A DNA stretch of 64,000 nt from Gammaproteobacteria bacterium (lineage in GTDB: Bacteria; Pseudomonadota; Gammaproteobacteria; SZUA-152), in contig JASFOJ010000006.1 in the NCBI GenBank assembly GCA_050116575.1, positions 175-64,174 of the forward strand. The letters run 5' to 3'. Below the pieces are notes generated by a model. The model ran no database searches. It had not been told where the DNA came from and saw only the letters and a list, made by a program, of their open reading frames with translations. Position 1 is the first letter of the stretch, and the number at the start of each line of letters is the position of its first letter. Below are positions 9,229 through 19,124 of this stretch, piece after piece. The position numbers and the translations under genes are program-made.

Positions 9229-9873
9229 ATGAAAAACACCAAAAACGTATTCGTTGCTGCGGCGACTATTCTGATGCTGGGATTTTCGTCCACGATCCTG
9301 GCGGGTCACGCTGATCGAGACAATCGCGGTGATCGTCATTATTCTGACCGGCACTACCAGGATCGGCACCACCACAACCGCCGCCACCATGACGCCTATG
9401 CCAGGGTTGTACATGTTAAACCGATCTACAAGCGTGTTCGCGTTGCCGTACCGGAACAACATTGCCGTCATCGCGAAGTTAGAAAACCGGTCGTGCGGCA
9501 TATCCATCGTCACGATGGCGGTGATATCGTTGCAGGTGGCATCATCGGCGGCATTATCGGCCACGAACTTGGCAGGGGCCGCGATCAGGGACTGGCTACC
9601 GTCACAGGGGCGCTCATTGGATCGGCAATCGCGCACGAAGCCAATAGTCAATATTACACAACAGGGGAATATCGCGTAGAGCACAACCGTCATTGCCGGA
9701 CCGAAATGCGGTATCACACCGAGCGCAGACTAATCGGCTACCGTGTTAAGTACCGCTACAGGGGAGACATTTACGTTACGCGCATGGACTATCATCCGGG
9801 CAAACGGATTCGAATCGACCGCCATGGCGATAGACATGGCCATTCTGGCGGAAAACACAGAAAACGTTTCTAG
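9229..9873 (+). CDS. Glycine-zipper (Gly-zipper_2TM/17-kDa antigen-like) protein with His/Arg-rich flanks
   Basis: RBS GAAGGAGG. Signal peptide. Central GGIIGGIIGHELG...TVTGALIGSAIA glycine-zipper segment. DRHY/HHxRRHH repeats and a C-terminal DRHGDRHGHSGGKHRKRF. Confidence 0.6.
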   Translation: MKNTKNVFVAAATILMLGFSSTILAGHADRDNRGDRHYSDRHYQDRHHHNRRHHDAYARVVHVKPIYKRVRVAVPEQHCRHREVRKPVVRHIHRHDGGDIVAGGIIGGIIGHELGRGRDQGLATVTGALIGSAIAHEANSQYYTTGEYRVEHNRHCRTEMRYHTERRLIGYRVKYRYRGDIYVTRMDYHPGKRIRIDRHGDRHGHSGGKHRKRF

Positions 9874-10036
9874 TTTCCCAGAAAGCCTTTTCAAATGATT
9901 CAGCCTGTCATTACGACAACTACAAGATCCACCCAATGCGCAACAACATTGGGTGGATCATTGATTTCACATAGTTTTCACATTGGTTCCACAGTCTTTC
10001 TACATACGGACCATAATGAGTTAACGAATCAAAAGT

Positions 10037-10969
10037 TTACTCAACATTTTTCCAACCGTCGTCGGTTTTGGTCACTTCGTAGCGGGCCCATTTGGCAAAC
10101 TGGACGCGGGTAATTACTTCGCTACCTGTTGATTGGCGCTGATGGCTCACAACCTTATAAATCACCCTGTCCCTGGCTGCGTCACTGCTCGGCGATTCAT
10201 CGATGATTTGCCTTACTTCGAGTCGATCGCCGTCAAGACCATTGGAATAGTACCGCGCCAGTCGAATCTGCGAAGGTAATAGATGGGACTGCTGATAATT
10301 GTGTACGGACAGGTTAACCAAACGCGCCAAGTCCTCCTCATTAACGTCAACGTATAGATCCAGTTGTTTCATCGCCTGCCGTAAATCATCCGAGGTAAAC
10401 AACGAGGATACTTGTAACTGGTGCATCCGGTCTTTGATAAGCCGCCGCATCAAATAAACCGGATAACGCCGCCACCGGAAGGCAAAATTAATGACAATGG
10501 CCAATATCAATATCATTACCGCATTCACCAGAATCGGCGTCATCACATAGTGGTACCCCATGGCCTGCAGTTCGGGACCACCGATGACGGCAGCCACCGC
10601 TGTGGCCCCACCCGGCGGATGTATGCAGCCCAGGTAGTACATAAACAATATGGCTAGCCCTACCGCGGCGGATGTCGCCATGGCGATATCCGGTATGTAA
10701 CGCGCGCAGGTGACCCCCACCAGCCCGGAGATAACCTGCCCGCCTACCAACGACCACGGTTGGGTGACGTTTACGTGAGGCAAGGCAAATACCAATACCG
10801 CGGATGCACCCAGCGAAGCCACCACAAGGTAAGCTTCAGAACCCAGAACATAGTTGCAGATAACTATAGTTAACAGGACGCCGATAAATCCCCCGACGGC
10901 GGACACCCATTTTTCGGTATGACTGGTGGTTGATGGCTCCAGGCCAATGAATTTTAATAGTTCTTTCAT
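10037..10969 (-). CDS. HPP family membrane protein
   Basis: Signature CIHPPGGATA and four TM helices in the N-terminal half, plus a soluble C-terminal domain. Confidence 0.8.
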   Translation of the reverse strand: MKELLKFIGLEPSTTSHTEKWVSAVGGFIGVLLTIVICNYVLGSEAYLVVASLGASAVLVFALPHVNVTQPWSLVGGQVISGLVGVTCARYIPDIAMATSAAVGLAILFMYYLGCIHPPGGATAVAAVIGGPELQAMGYHYVMTPILVNAVMILILAIVINFAFRWRRYPVYLMRRLIKDRMHQLQVSSLFTSDDLRQAMKQLDLYVDVNEEDLARLVNLSVHNYQQSHLLPSQIRLARYYSNGLDGDRLEVRQIIDESPSSDAARDRVIYKVVSHQRQSTGSEVITRVQFAKWARYEVTKTDDGWKNVE

Positions 10970-11563
10970 GGTAAATTAACCCGGTTATTACAAAATACTA
11001 CTCGGTAAAGGCGCGGTTGACCCTGCAAAACAGATACTCTGCGCGTTTTTACGCGCTTGACCTGAATCATGGTTTCCCATTTATGCAATAGTGGGGTTAA
11101 CTGACAGACGCCGTTTTCGGCAGTATTCTTTTAGCAGTTATTTTAATTTTATCCAGTCTTCTAAAAGTCAATTGATACAGCCTGAACCGTTAACGCAATG
11201 CTGGACGGTTAAGACGCATTTTTGCAGCTAACTATTCCGTCAATCAATAGTATCGATTTTATAAATTTACACGGCTCGTTATATCATCGCTGCTTATCGA
11301 TCAACTATAGCCTAATTATGATTTTGCGGCATGATTATTGTGGCGTCGTCAATCGATGATATATAGACGGTTTGTTTATCCCGTAACTGTAAAACCAAAC
11401 AAACCCAAGCCCGTTTAGGGCTGCCAGCCTGACGCCTGCGCGGCAGTTTGATATGTAAATCTAGGCGATAAAAGAGTAAAATTCCACTAAACTTGACATA
11501 AGGGCGGTCGCAAGCCGCGCCCGGTTGATACATTGACAATACTCGGTAAACTTTTCGACGCTC

Positions 11564-12481
11564 ATGAATAGACATGCTTCTGAATCAATTGGCCAGCCGG
11601 CGCCGCTGAAAAGCTACCACATCCGCTCCATGCAGTTAGCGATCTTTGCCGTTGGCCTAACCGCGATGGTGGTGGCGGGCTGGTACCTGATCGAAGGCAT
11701 GTTACATTTCTCCGGTGACGCGGCATCGAAACGGGTGTTTATCGCTGCCGGCATTATTTTTCAGATCACCGAGTCTATTTGTTTTATTTCGGCGGCAGCA
11801 TTGAGTTCCAGACACCTTTACTGGCGCGTTATCCTTTTTGCAATGGGTTGTGTTCTGTTTTTCTTTAGCATTACGGTAATGACCCTGGCGCAAAAAGCGA
11901 CGCTGCAAAGCGGCGAAAATGAAACCATTGCCTTGAATGATAAAATAGAGGCAACCAGGGCGCAGATTGGCAGCCTGAATGACACCATTGCCGCCTATCG
12001 CCTTAACGCAAAGAAACAGAGCCAATCCATCTATGCCAACAGCCGGGAACTGGGACAGGATTCGCTTAACCGGGCGACGGAACTGGAACAACAAAAAAAG
12101 GCGCTGTCCGATAAATTGTTCCAATTGCAAAGTTCCCGTCGCCAGACATCCAGTGATTTCTTTCAACAACTGGAGACTGTTACCGGGCTACCTGCCTCGC
12201 AAACGGAGTTCTATTTCCTGGTATCACGTTCACTGCTTCTGGAACTGTGTGGAATCCTGCTGTTATCGTTTGCCGCCCATTTGAAGGCGCCCAAAAACAC
12301 TTTAAAACATGGCCCCGCGCTCGCTATCGAACGACAACGCGACACAATTGACAGACCTAAAGCCGTATTTACCCGTAATAAGCAGCGAGAAATAACGCCG
12401 TCGCTGGTCAACAGCGGTCATTGGGCCAGTTCCCACATTCAGGTACTGAAGCAAAAAAGCCGCACAAGTGATCCACAATAA
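11564..12481 (+). CDS. Hypothetical membrane protein with coiled-coil region
   Basis: Three predicted TM helices at the N-terminus, then a Q/L/E-rich region (IALNDKIEATRAQIGSLNDTIAAY). No recognisable motifs. Confidence 0.4.
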   Translation: MNRHASESIGQPAPLKSYHIRSMQLAIFAVGLTAMVVAGWYLIEGMLHFSGDAASKRVFIAAGIIFQITESICFISAAALSSRHLYWRVILFAMGCVLFFFSITVMTLAQKATLQSGENETIALNDKIEATRAQIGSLNDTIAAYRLNAKKQSQSIYANSRELGQDSLNRATELEQQKKALSDKLFQLQSSRRQTSSDFFQQLETVTGLPASQTEFYFLVSRSLLLELCGILLLSFAAHLKAPKNTLKHGPALAIERQRDTIDRPKAVFTRNKQREITPSLVNSGHWASSHIQVLKQKSRTSDPQ

Positions 12482-13158
12482 CTGACCAGTTAACCCCAAA
12501 TAGCTCGCCCAGCCGTCAACGTTCGTCTGCAATATCACCAAACGTGAACCCGTTGCTGCAGTTCAATCACGCACGATTGCTCACATGACATCCAGTTGTC
12601 GCCTAATATAGAACGTTGCTTTATATCACTCTATGACAAACACCAACTGTGATTAACGGCAACATAATATATAACCAATGCCCTTAATTTTTTATCATTA
12701 CATAAGATCGTTATATTAATCAATTTACTGATATTTTTCAGATGGTTATGCGATCTCTATGCTGCCATAGAGGACGCAAAAAGAATTTACGAATAAATCT
12801 ATTCAAGTATTGCTAATTTTTATTTTTCAGCCGATACTATGCCGCTGAGCAGGATCGGGGGCTCAATTGGTGCCACAAGGATTTATTAACGCCGGCACAC
12901 AATGCTTATTACTACTTTATTTCAGTCACGGGCAGGCAGTCATAACAAAACAATCCCATTTGCCGTGACAGATCAATCAGACTTGTAACACAAAATAAAA
13001 GTACATATCAAAATTGCCCCTAACAACTCCTGTCCGAGTTGTGACAATTGGTTTTTTAAAGCGCGGGTTATCTGTAACGCGTTTACCAATAACCCCTTAA
13101 CCGTTTTCCGCTCGTAAAAACCGGCCATAAAAGGAGACAGACGTAAGGGGGATGTCTT

Positions 13159-14979
13159 TTGCTTATTCGTGTAGTATGTAACTTCGTAACCGCCATTTCT
13201 TCCAATTGTCGAACTAACGGCGCAATATATTACGGGCTCCTGGCAACGTTGGGGCTCGCATGCCTGCTGTCTTTTAATGTTCACGCGGAATCTTTTGAAA
13301 CATCCATCGATTACACCATGCACAAACTTGCGACGGAATATAACGACCCGTCCGCGCAATACCTGGTAGGTCGCAATTATTTCAAAGGAAAATCCGTCGA
13401 GAAGAATATTAAGGAAGCAATTAAATGGTTCGAAATGGCGGCCAAACAAGGCCACGTACGCTCGCAGTACCAATTAGGTAAAATCTACTTGTATGGGAAA
13501 GGTATAAAAACCGACCGTAAAAAGGCTTATTTTTATCTTTCCAAAGCGGCGGAGCAAAACCACCTGGAGTCCCAGTACGAACTGGGCAATTACTATCTGC
13601 AGGGCAATCCCAACCAGCGCCAATACGAGAAAGCCGTTAAATGGTTTCGCCGTGCGGCCAATCATGACCATGTGCGCTCAACATACATGCTCGGCAAGCT
13701 CACCTACGAAGGCAAAGGCACCAAGCGTAATATCGAAAAAGCCAGGCAGTTGTTAAAACTGGCGTCGGATACGGGGCTGCCGGATGCTACAAAGTATCTG
13801 GCTAAAATCGACGAACCTGGAGGGCATCATCCTGATGTCGCTGAAGGCGATAGCGACGACAGCCTTGATGGTTTCCACGAGATAGAGCAAAGAGGCGGTC
13901 TATCCGTTGTTTCATTGACACCCGGTGACTACTACAAACAAGGTATCGAGTACCTTACCGAAGGCAGTAAACACAACGATAAAGCGACACTGCACAAAGC
14001 CGCGCTGGCATTTCAGAAAGCAGCCAAACAAGGGCATGGCAAAGCACAATACCAACTGTCTAAATTGTATAAACAGGGTATTGGCGTCAAACAAAGCGAA
14101 GAAATGCACAGACAATGGCTGGCCAAAGCGGCCGAAGCCGGCGTTCGCAGCGCGAAACGCGATCTCGAGGTGCTACAGACACATAACGTACCCGTAAAGC
14201 CGCTGGACGCACAAAAAGATCCCGACGAGTTGTACACACTGGCAATGAAATATTATAACGGCGACGGTGTACCCATGGATCAAGGCAAGGCAGCAAGTCT
14301 GCTCACTGAGGCAGCCAATCAGAATCATGCCGATGCGCAATACCAATTGGGGGTTATGTATCGGGCAGGTATTGGTGTTGCCAAAAGTTACGACAAAGCC
14401 AAACACTGGCTGCAAAAAGCTTACCAAAACGAAATCGCATCCGCTCAATTGGCGCTGAAGGCGATGGAACACGAAGAGCAGCAGCCGGCTGCATCCGTTC
14501 CGGTGTCAATAAAGGCACAAAAACAAAGTGATGACCCACTAACATCACAATTAATTGCAAAACAGTCATCGCCGATTTACCCCTTTTTGAAGGATGCCCG
14601 CGACGGTGATGCCCAGGCGCAATACAAGCTTGGCCTGACTTTCCTCAAGGGTGGTAATGGCATCGAGCGCGATATTGATGAAGCGCTCAAGTGGTTAAAA
14701 TCTTCGGCACGTAACAATAATATTGCCGCGAATCTTAAACTGGGAATGTTGTATTACAAAGGAATTGATGTCGAACGGGATTATCGGTCCGCCGCAAACT
14801 GGTTGGAGAAAGCCGCTAAAAGCGGTAATGCCACTGCCCAGTACATGATGGGAAACTTTTATCGCAAAGGCCTCGGAGTGGATAAAAACAACACCACTGC
14901 GATTAAATGGTACCGCAAGGCCGCCAACCAGGGTCATCGGGAAGCGCGTAAACGCCTGGGCGGATGCCGTATCTGCTAA
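13159..14979 (+). CDS. Sel1-like (SLR/TPR) repeat protein, secreted
   Basis: More than ten repeats of the Sel1 consensus (AxxWfxkAAxQGhxxAQyxLGxxYxxGxGV). Signal peptide LATLGLACLLSFNVHA. The start is probably a non-ATG codon. Confidence 0.85.
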   Translation: MLIRVVCNFVTAISSNCRTNGAIYYGLLATLGLACLLSFNVHAESFETSIDYTMHKLATEYNDPSAQYLVGRNYFKGKSVEKNIKEAIKWFEMAAKQGHVRSQYQLGKIYLYGKGIKTDRKKAYFYLSKAAEQNHLESQYELGNYYLQGNPNQRQYEKAVKWFRRAANHDHVRSTYMLGKLTYEGKGTKRNIEKARQLLKLASDTGLPDATKYLAKIDEPGGHHPDVAEGDSDDSLDGFHEIEQRGGLSVVSLTPGDYYKQGIEYLTEGSKHNDKATLHKAALAFQKAAKQGHGKAQYQLSKLYKQGIGVKQSEEMHRQWLAKAAEAGVRSAKRDLEVLQTHNVPVKPLDAQKDPDELYTLAMKYYNGDGVPMDQGKAASLLTEAANQNHADAQYQLGVMYRAGIGVAKSYDKAKHWLQKAYQNEIASAQLALKAMEHEEQQPAASVPVSIKAQKQSDDPLTSQLIAKQSSPIYPFLKDARDGDAQAQYKLGLTFLKGGNGIERDIDEALKWLKSSARNNNIAANLKLGMLYYKGIDVERDYRSAANWLEKAAKSGNATAQYMMGNFYRKGLGVDKNNTTAIKWYRKAANQGHREARKRLGGCRIC

Positions 14980-15038
14980 CTCTCTTATTGCTATCTACCA
15001 ACAATCACGAATAACAACAACCACGATAGGATATCGTT

Positions 15039-16133
15039 ATGATCAGGCATTACTCTTACTTTTACCTTGTAATCGTTATATTACTCGTATCTTTCAGCGG
15101 TACGGTCGGGGCACTTGAGTTTAGTGGTTTTGCCAGCGCCACGTACGTTTCCGGTGACGACGAGGAAAACAATTTTGCGCTGGGCAAGGCGGAACTAATT
15201 ACCGAACACAATCTCAGCGACAAAACTTACGGCATTCTTGATATTGTGTTCGAAACGGAAGGTGGCGAAACCATACCCGAGATTGAGCGGCTTTCGATAA
15301 ATCACACGGTAAACAATCTATTCGAGATTGGCGCCGGACGTTATATGGAACCACTGGGATTCTGGAACCATAATTTTGCTCATGGCTCGCTGGCACAACA
15401 CACAGTCTCGCGACCGTATTTACTGGAAATTGAGCAGGATGAGAAAGGCTTTCTACCCTCTCACCTTATCGGACTGTTAATACAAGGCGAGACAGATTCA
15501 TGGAGCTATCAGTTTTCCATGGCTAACGGCAGTGGTATCGACTCCAGTAACGCCGCCTCACCAACCGGTTCAGCGCGTGTATTTCCTTTGAACAGTGAAT
15601 CCCCCGGTGATGCGTTAACCACGCTGCTGCGCACCACGTACATAGCCAGCGACAGCCTGGAAATCGGCCTGACACTGAGTTCGCACGAGTATATCGAAAC
15701 CAGTGACGCTGGCCTGGTCAACAAAGGGGAATCCTTGTTCAAACAGTCTTTTGTCTCGATGGATTTTAACTATAACCTGGCGTCGTTTTACCTGTTCGGG
15801 GAAGGCTATTACATGCAGTATGACGACAATGCCGATATGACCACGGTCACGCCCAATCCGGATACTTATAACGCGACCGCCTATTACATACAATTCGGCT
15901 ACCGCGCCACCCAAAAACTGACATTGGTTTCGCGTTATGAGTCACTGGATTTTGACAAAGATGCAACGCTTTTTGACATCCAAAAAATCGAACCACAAAC
16001 CCATACCGTTCTCGGGTTTAACTACGCACTGGAACCCAGTAACTCGATCCGCTTTGAAGCACAGCAAATCGATCCTGATACAGGTGATTCGAACACGGTT
16101 TATTACCTGCAATGGTTTTTCTATATGCTGTAA
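15039..16133 (+). CDS. Putative outer-membrane beta-barrel porin-like protein
   Basis: Signal peptide. Alternating amphipathic beta strands. Aromatic C-terminus YYLQWFFYML. Confidence 0.5.
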   Translation: MIRHYSYFYLVIVILLVSFSGTVGALEFSGFASATYVSGDDEENNFALGKAELITEHNLSDKTYGILDIVFETEGGETIPEIERLSINHTVNNLFEIGAGRYMEPLGFWNHNFAHGSLAQHTVSRPYLLEIEQDEKGFLPSHLIGLLIQGETDSWSYQFSMANGSGIDSSNAASPTGSARVFPLNSESPGDALTTLLRTTYIASDSLEIGLTLSSHEYIETSDAGLVNKGESLFKQSFVSMDFNYNLASFYLFGEGYYMQYDDNADMTTVTPNPDTYNATAYYIQFGYRATQKLTLVSRYESLDFDKDATLFDIQKIEPQTHTVLGFNYALEPSNSIRFEAQQIDPDTGDSNTVYYLQWFFYML

Positions 16134-16162
16134 AAAACCACGCCACCGCATAAAACCCAATA

Positions 16163-16200
16163 AAAAACCGCATCAACATATCGTTGATGCGGTTTTTTTA
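16163..16200. terminator. Bidirectional rho-independent terminator
   Basis: A-run, then stem ccgcatcaac / gttgatgcgg with a 5-nt loop, then a T-run. It lies between the convergent porin-like and desaturase genes. Confidence 0.75.
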
Positions 16201-16217
16201 TATGATTGGTGAATCTT

Positions 16218-17393
16218 TTATATGGGCTGTAAAGAGTAGCCGCGAAGGGATTGGGCAAACTTCTGCAGCACATCAATACCCGTTTGTTCCGCTTGCACAC
16301 ACCATTCCTGTAACCGCGCAAGCCTTTTTGCCTGATTTTCACTGGAGCGGGTCAGGATTTCCTTCAGCTTCTGCTTGTATTGATAAACGGTTTCAAGAGC
16401 GTGGCTTTCCGCCATGGCCTGCTGCAGAATCTCCTTGGCGCGGCAGTCCAGTTTAAGGTCTTCCCGAATCATAAACCGCCTGGCGCGCTTGTACACATTA
16501 CGCACTGAATTACTGGCGCTGGCACATTCCTGCTGCACCACCGGTTTGATGACATCGCGGCCGTACAGGGCCATAACGTGAACCCGGTTACGTATCACAG
16601 CTTTAACGGTATCGAGATCCACCTTGGCTTTCGCGGGATCAAACGCGCTTTTCGGTGATACGGTACGTACCTTGGCCAGTCCCAGTAACTGCATGGTGCG
16701 AATATAAAACCAGCCGATATCAAACTCCCACCATTTGTGTGACAGGCGTGCCGAAGCGGCATAGGCATGATGATTATTGTGGAACTCTTCGCCGCCGATC
16801 AATATTCCCACGGGCATGATATTGCGCGCGGCGTCAGCAGTTTCAAAACTGCGATAACCCCAATAATGACCGATACCGTTAATGATACCGGCCGCCCAGA
16901 AGGGAATCCAGATCATTTGCACGGCAAACACGGTTATGCCGATAACACCAAACAACAGCACATCAATAACCGCCATAAGGCTAATGCCTAAAAACGGAAA
17001 ACGGCTGTAAATTTTTCTTTCCAGCCAGTCATTGGGAGTCCCATGACCATAGTTACGCAGCGTTTCCGGATTTGACGCTTCGTCACGATACAGTTCAGCG
17101 CCACGCCATAATACGGTTTTGAGGCCCCGGGTTTGCGGGCTATGCGGGTCTTCCGGTGTTTCACATTTGGCGTGATGTTTACGGTGAATGGCAACCCATT
17201 GTTTGGTCACCATCCCTGTGGTCATCCACAACCAGAAACGGAAAAAATGGCTGACCAGTGGATGCAAGTTAACTGAACGATGCGCCTGGTGGCGATGCAA
17301 AAAAATGGTGACGGCGGCTATGGTAATATGCGTCATAACGAGTAACGCTATTACTACTTCCCACCAGGATAAATTTAGTAGACCATCGAGCAT
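16218..17393 (-). CDS. Membrane fatty-acid desaturase (delta-9 acyl-CoA/acyl-lipid type) with C-terminal extension
   Basis: Histidine boxes HRHQAH, HRKHH and HNNHHAY. Four TM helices. Confidence 0.9.
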   Translation of the reverse strand: MLDGLLNLSWWEVVIALLVMTHITIAAVTIFLHRHQAHRSVNLHPLVSHFFRFWLWMTTGMVTKQWVAIHRKHHAKCETPEDPHSPQTRGLKTVLWRGAELYRDEASNPETLRNYGHGTPNDWLERKIYSRFPFLGISLMAVIDVLLFGVIGITVFAVQMIWIPFWAAGIINGIGHYWGYRSFETADAARNIMPVGILIGGEEFHNNHHAYAASARLSHKWWEFDIGWFYIRTMQLLGLAKVRTVSPKSAFDPAKAKVDLDTVKAVIRNRVHVMALYGRDVIKPVVQQECASASNSVRNVYKRARRFMIREDLKLDCRAKEILQQAMAESHALETVYQYKQKLKEILTRSSENQAKRLARLQEWCVQAEQTGIDVLQKFAQSLRGYSLQPI

Positions 17394-17868
17394 GGAACTT
17401 TCCCCTTGAATTCGGAATAAAATAACTTTAAGTGTTAATGAATGTTAATGTTTGAGGCGTCTGCTTTCTGAATAATATTGGAATGATTTCGGACAATGAC
17501 TGATAATACCACTACTGCAAAATCCTTTTTAGTTAAATTCGCTTTGTTGCCGATTGGAAAATTTATCTTTGTTGTATTCTGTTATCGGACTGTTCCGATA
17601 AGATATTTAATAACCAATTTCTTTTTCTATCAACGATAGCTATAATTCTGATGGTCGTGTTTTCTCAACGCAATCCTTTGCAATTCAATTAGTTAAGAAT
17701 AATATCTAAAATATCTATAATGTAGATTTCATCTGATTCTTATCATTCGCTATCCATACGACACTATACTAGGAATAAAGGTTCAGACCAATGTCAGTTA
17801 ATGTAAAGGATGAACTATTTATCGTATTGCTTTATGTTACTTTCATTTACGATATTCACTGACATCAA

Positions 17869-18528
17869 ATGCCTATTAATATGACAAATCACTGCAGACT
17901 TGGGCGTAGTCCCTTGCTCCCCTCCCGCCGTTCCTTGTCCTGGCAGACTGTCGCCTTGATGTTGATTTTAACACTGGTTATCACCGTATTATTGCCGCTA
18001 GCTGGTAGCGCCGCGGACAAAAAAGACCGCTATCGGCTGGAAACCAAAAACATCAAAATCGGCATGTTTCCCCGCACACCGTCTCAAATGGCGGCTTTCT
18101 ATGAAGGACGAGGTTTTCCCGAAAATGCGATCAATGAAACCAGGAAACGTTGTTTCATTACCGTGGGAATGCGCAATACCGGCAAACAAATCATCTGGCT
18201 GAATCTCGCTTCCTGGCGTTTTTATAACCGACACGGTGAAATTCAGCGAACCAGCCGCGACCAGTGGAAACAAACCTGGCAAAAATTGGGTGTCCCGTTG
18301 GCCAGCCAGTCGACATTCAACTGGACCTTGTTGCCGGAACAACGGGATCTTCATCCCGATGAACCGGCGGGCGGCAACATCACCCTGGAACCCGTAGACG
18401 AACCCTTTGACGTGAAAGCCACCTTTGCCACTGGCAAGGATAAATCCGGAAAACCACTGGTCGTTGAAATGAAAAACGTTCGTTGCCTGAAAGACAGTGA
18501 TCTGGAAAAAAGTGAGAAAGCATCATGA
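17869..18528 (+). CDS. Hypothetical secreted protein
   Basis: Signal peptide/TM LMLILTLVITVLLPLAGSAA. Overlaps the downstream redoxin gene by ATGA. Confidence 0.5.
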   Translation: MPINMTNHCRLGRSPLLPSRRSLSWQTVALMLILTLVITVLLPLAGSAADKKDRYRLETKNIKIGMFPRTPSQMAAFYEGRGFPENAINETRKRCFITVGMRNTGKQIIWLNLASWRFYNRHGEIQRTSRDQWKQTWQKLGVPLASQSTFNWTLLPEQRDLHPDEPAGGNITLEPVDEPFDVKATFATGKDKSGKPLVVEMKNVRCLKDSDLEKSEKAS

Positions 18529-19067
18529 ATAAACAGTTCATTGCGCTGGTCATGGTCCTGGTTACGGTCTCGTACTGCGAACTGGTACCGGCAGAACCCA
18601 ATGTCCCCAAAGGCATTATCACACTGGATGGCCGGCCTGCACCCGCCCTGCAACTTAAGGATATGGACGGTAACGCTTACGATATCCGGGAGTCCAGGGG
18701 CCAATGGGTGTTTGTCCATTTCTGGGCATCGTGGTGTGGCCCTTGCCGCCGGGAAATGCCCACAGTCCAGCGCATGGCATCAAAGCTGGAAGATCAGCCT
18801 ATCAAGTTCGTACTGGTCAATACTTCAGAAACGGACGACACGGTATTTAATTTTCTGGGTGTTGTGGCCCCTGACATGTCCACGCTTATGGACCGTGACG
18901 GCCTGGTGACCGAACGCTGGCAACCACGGGGGTTGCCCGCCAGCTTTTTCGTCAGTCCCCGCGGAACACTGGAATACATTGCCTTGGGAGGACGAAAATG
19001 GGATAAACCGCCGTTGTTCGATTTCGTAAAACAGGTAATCATGGCCCCCGGGAAAGCGGATAACTAA
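18525..19067 (+). CDS. TlpA/ResA-like periplasmic thiol:disulfide oxidoreductase
   Basis: Motif WVFVHFWASWCGPCRREMP (thioredoxin WCxxC). Signal peptide. Confidence 0.8.
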   Translation: MNKQFIALVMVLVTVSYCELVPAEPNVPKGIITLDGRPAPALQLKDMDGNAYDIRESRGQWVFVHFWASWCGPCRREMPTVQRMASKLEDQPIKFVLVNTSETDDTVFNFLGVVAPDMSTLMDRDGLVTERWQPRGLPASFFVSPRGTLEYIALGGRKWDKPPLFDFVKQVIMAPGKADN

Positions 19068-19124
19068 AATCATCTGCGTCCGTGCTGGACAGATAACCTT
19101 TCCGCCGCCGGCGATAATCCCAAA

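Noticed and set aside
16218-16560. The C-terminal ~100-aa extension of the desaturase as a fused novel domain.
   Set aside because: As I recall, gammaproteobacterial delta-9 desaturases of about 390 aa (Pseudomonas DesA-type) normally carry a similar charged C-terminal tail, so it is probably a family feature.
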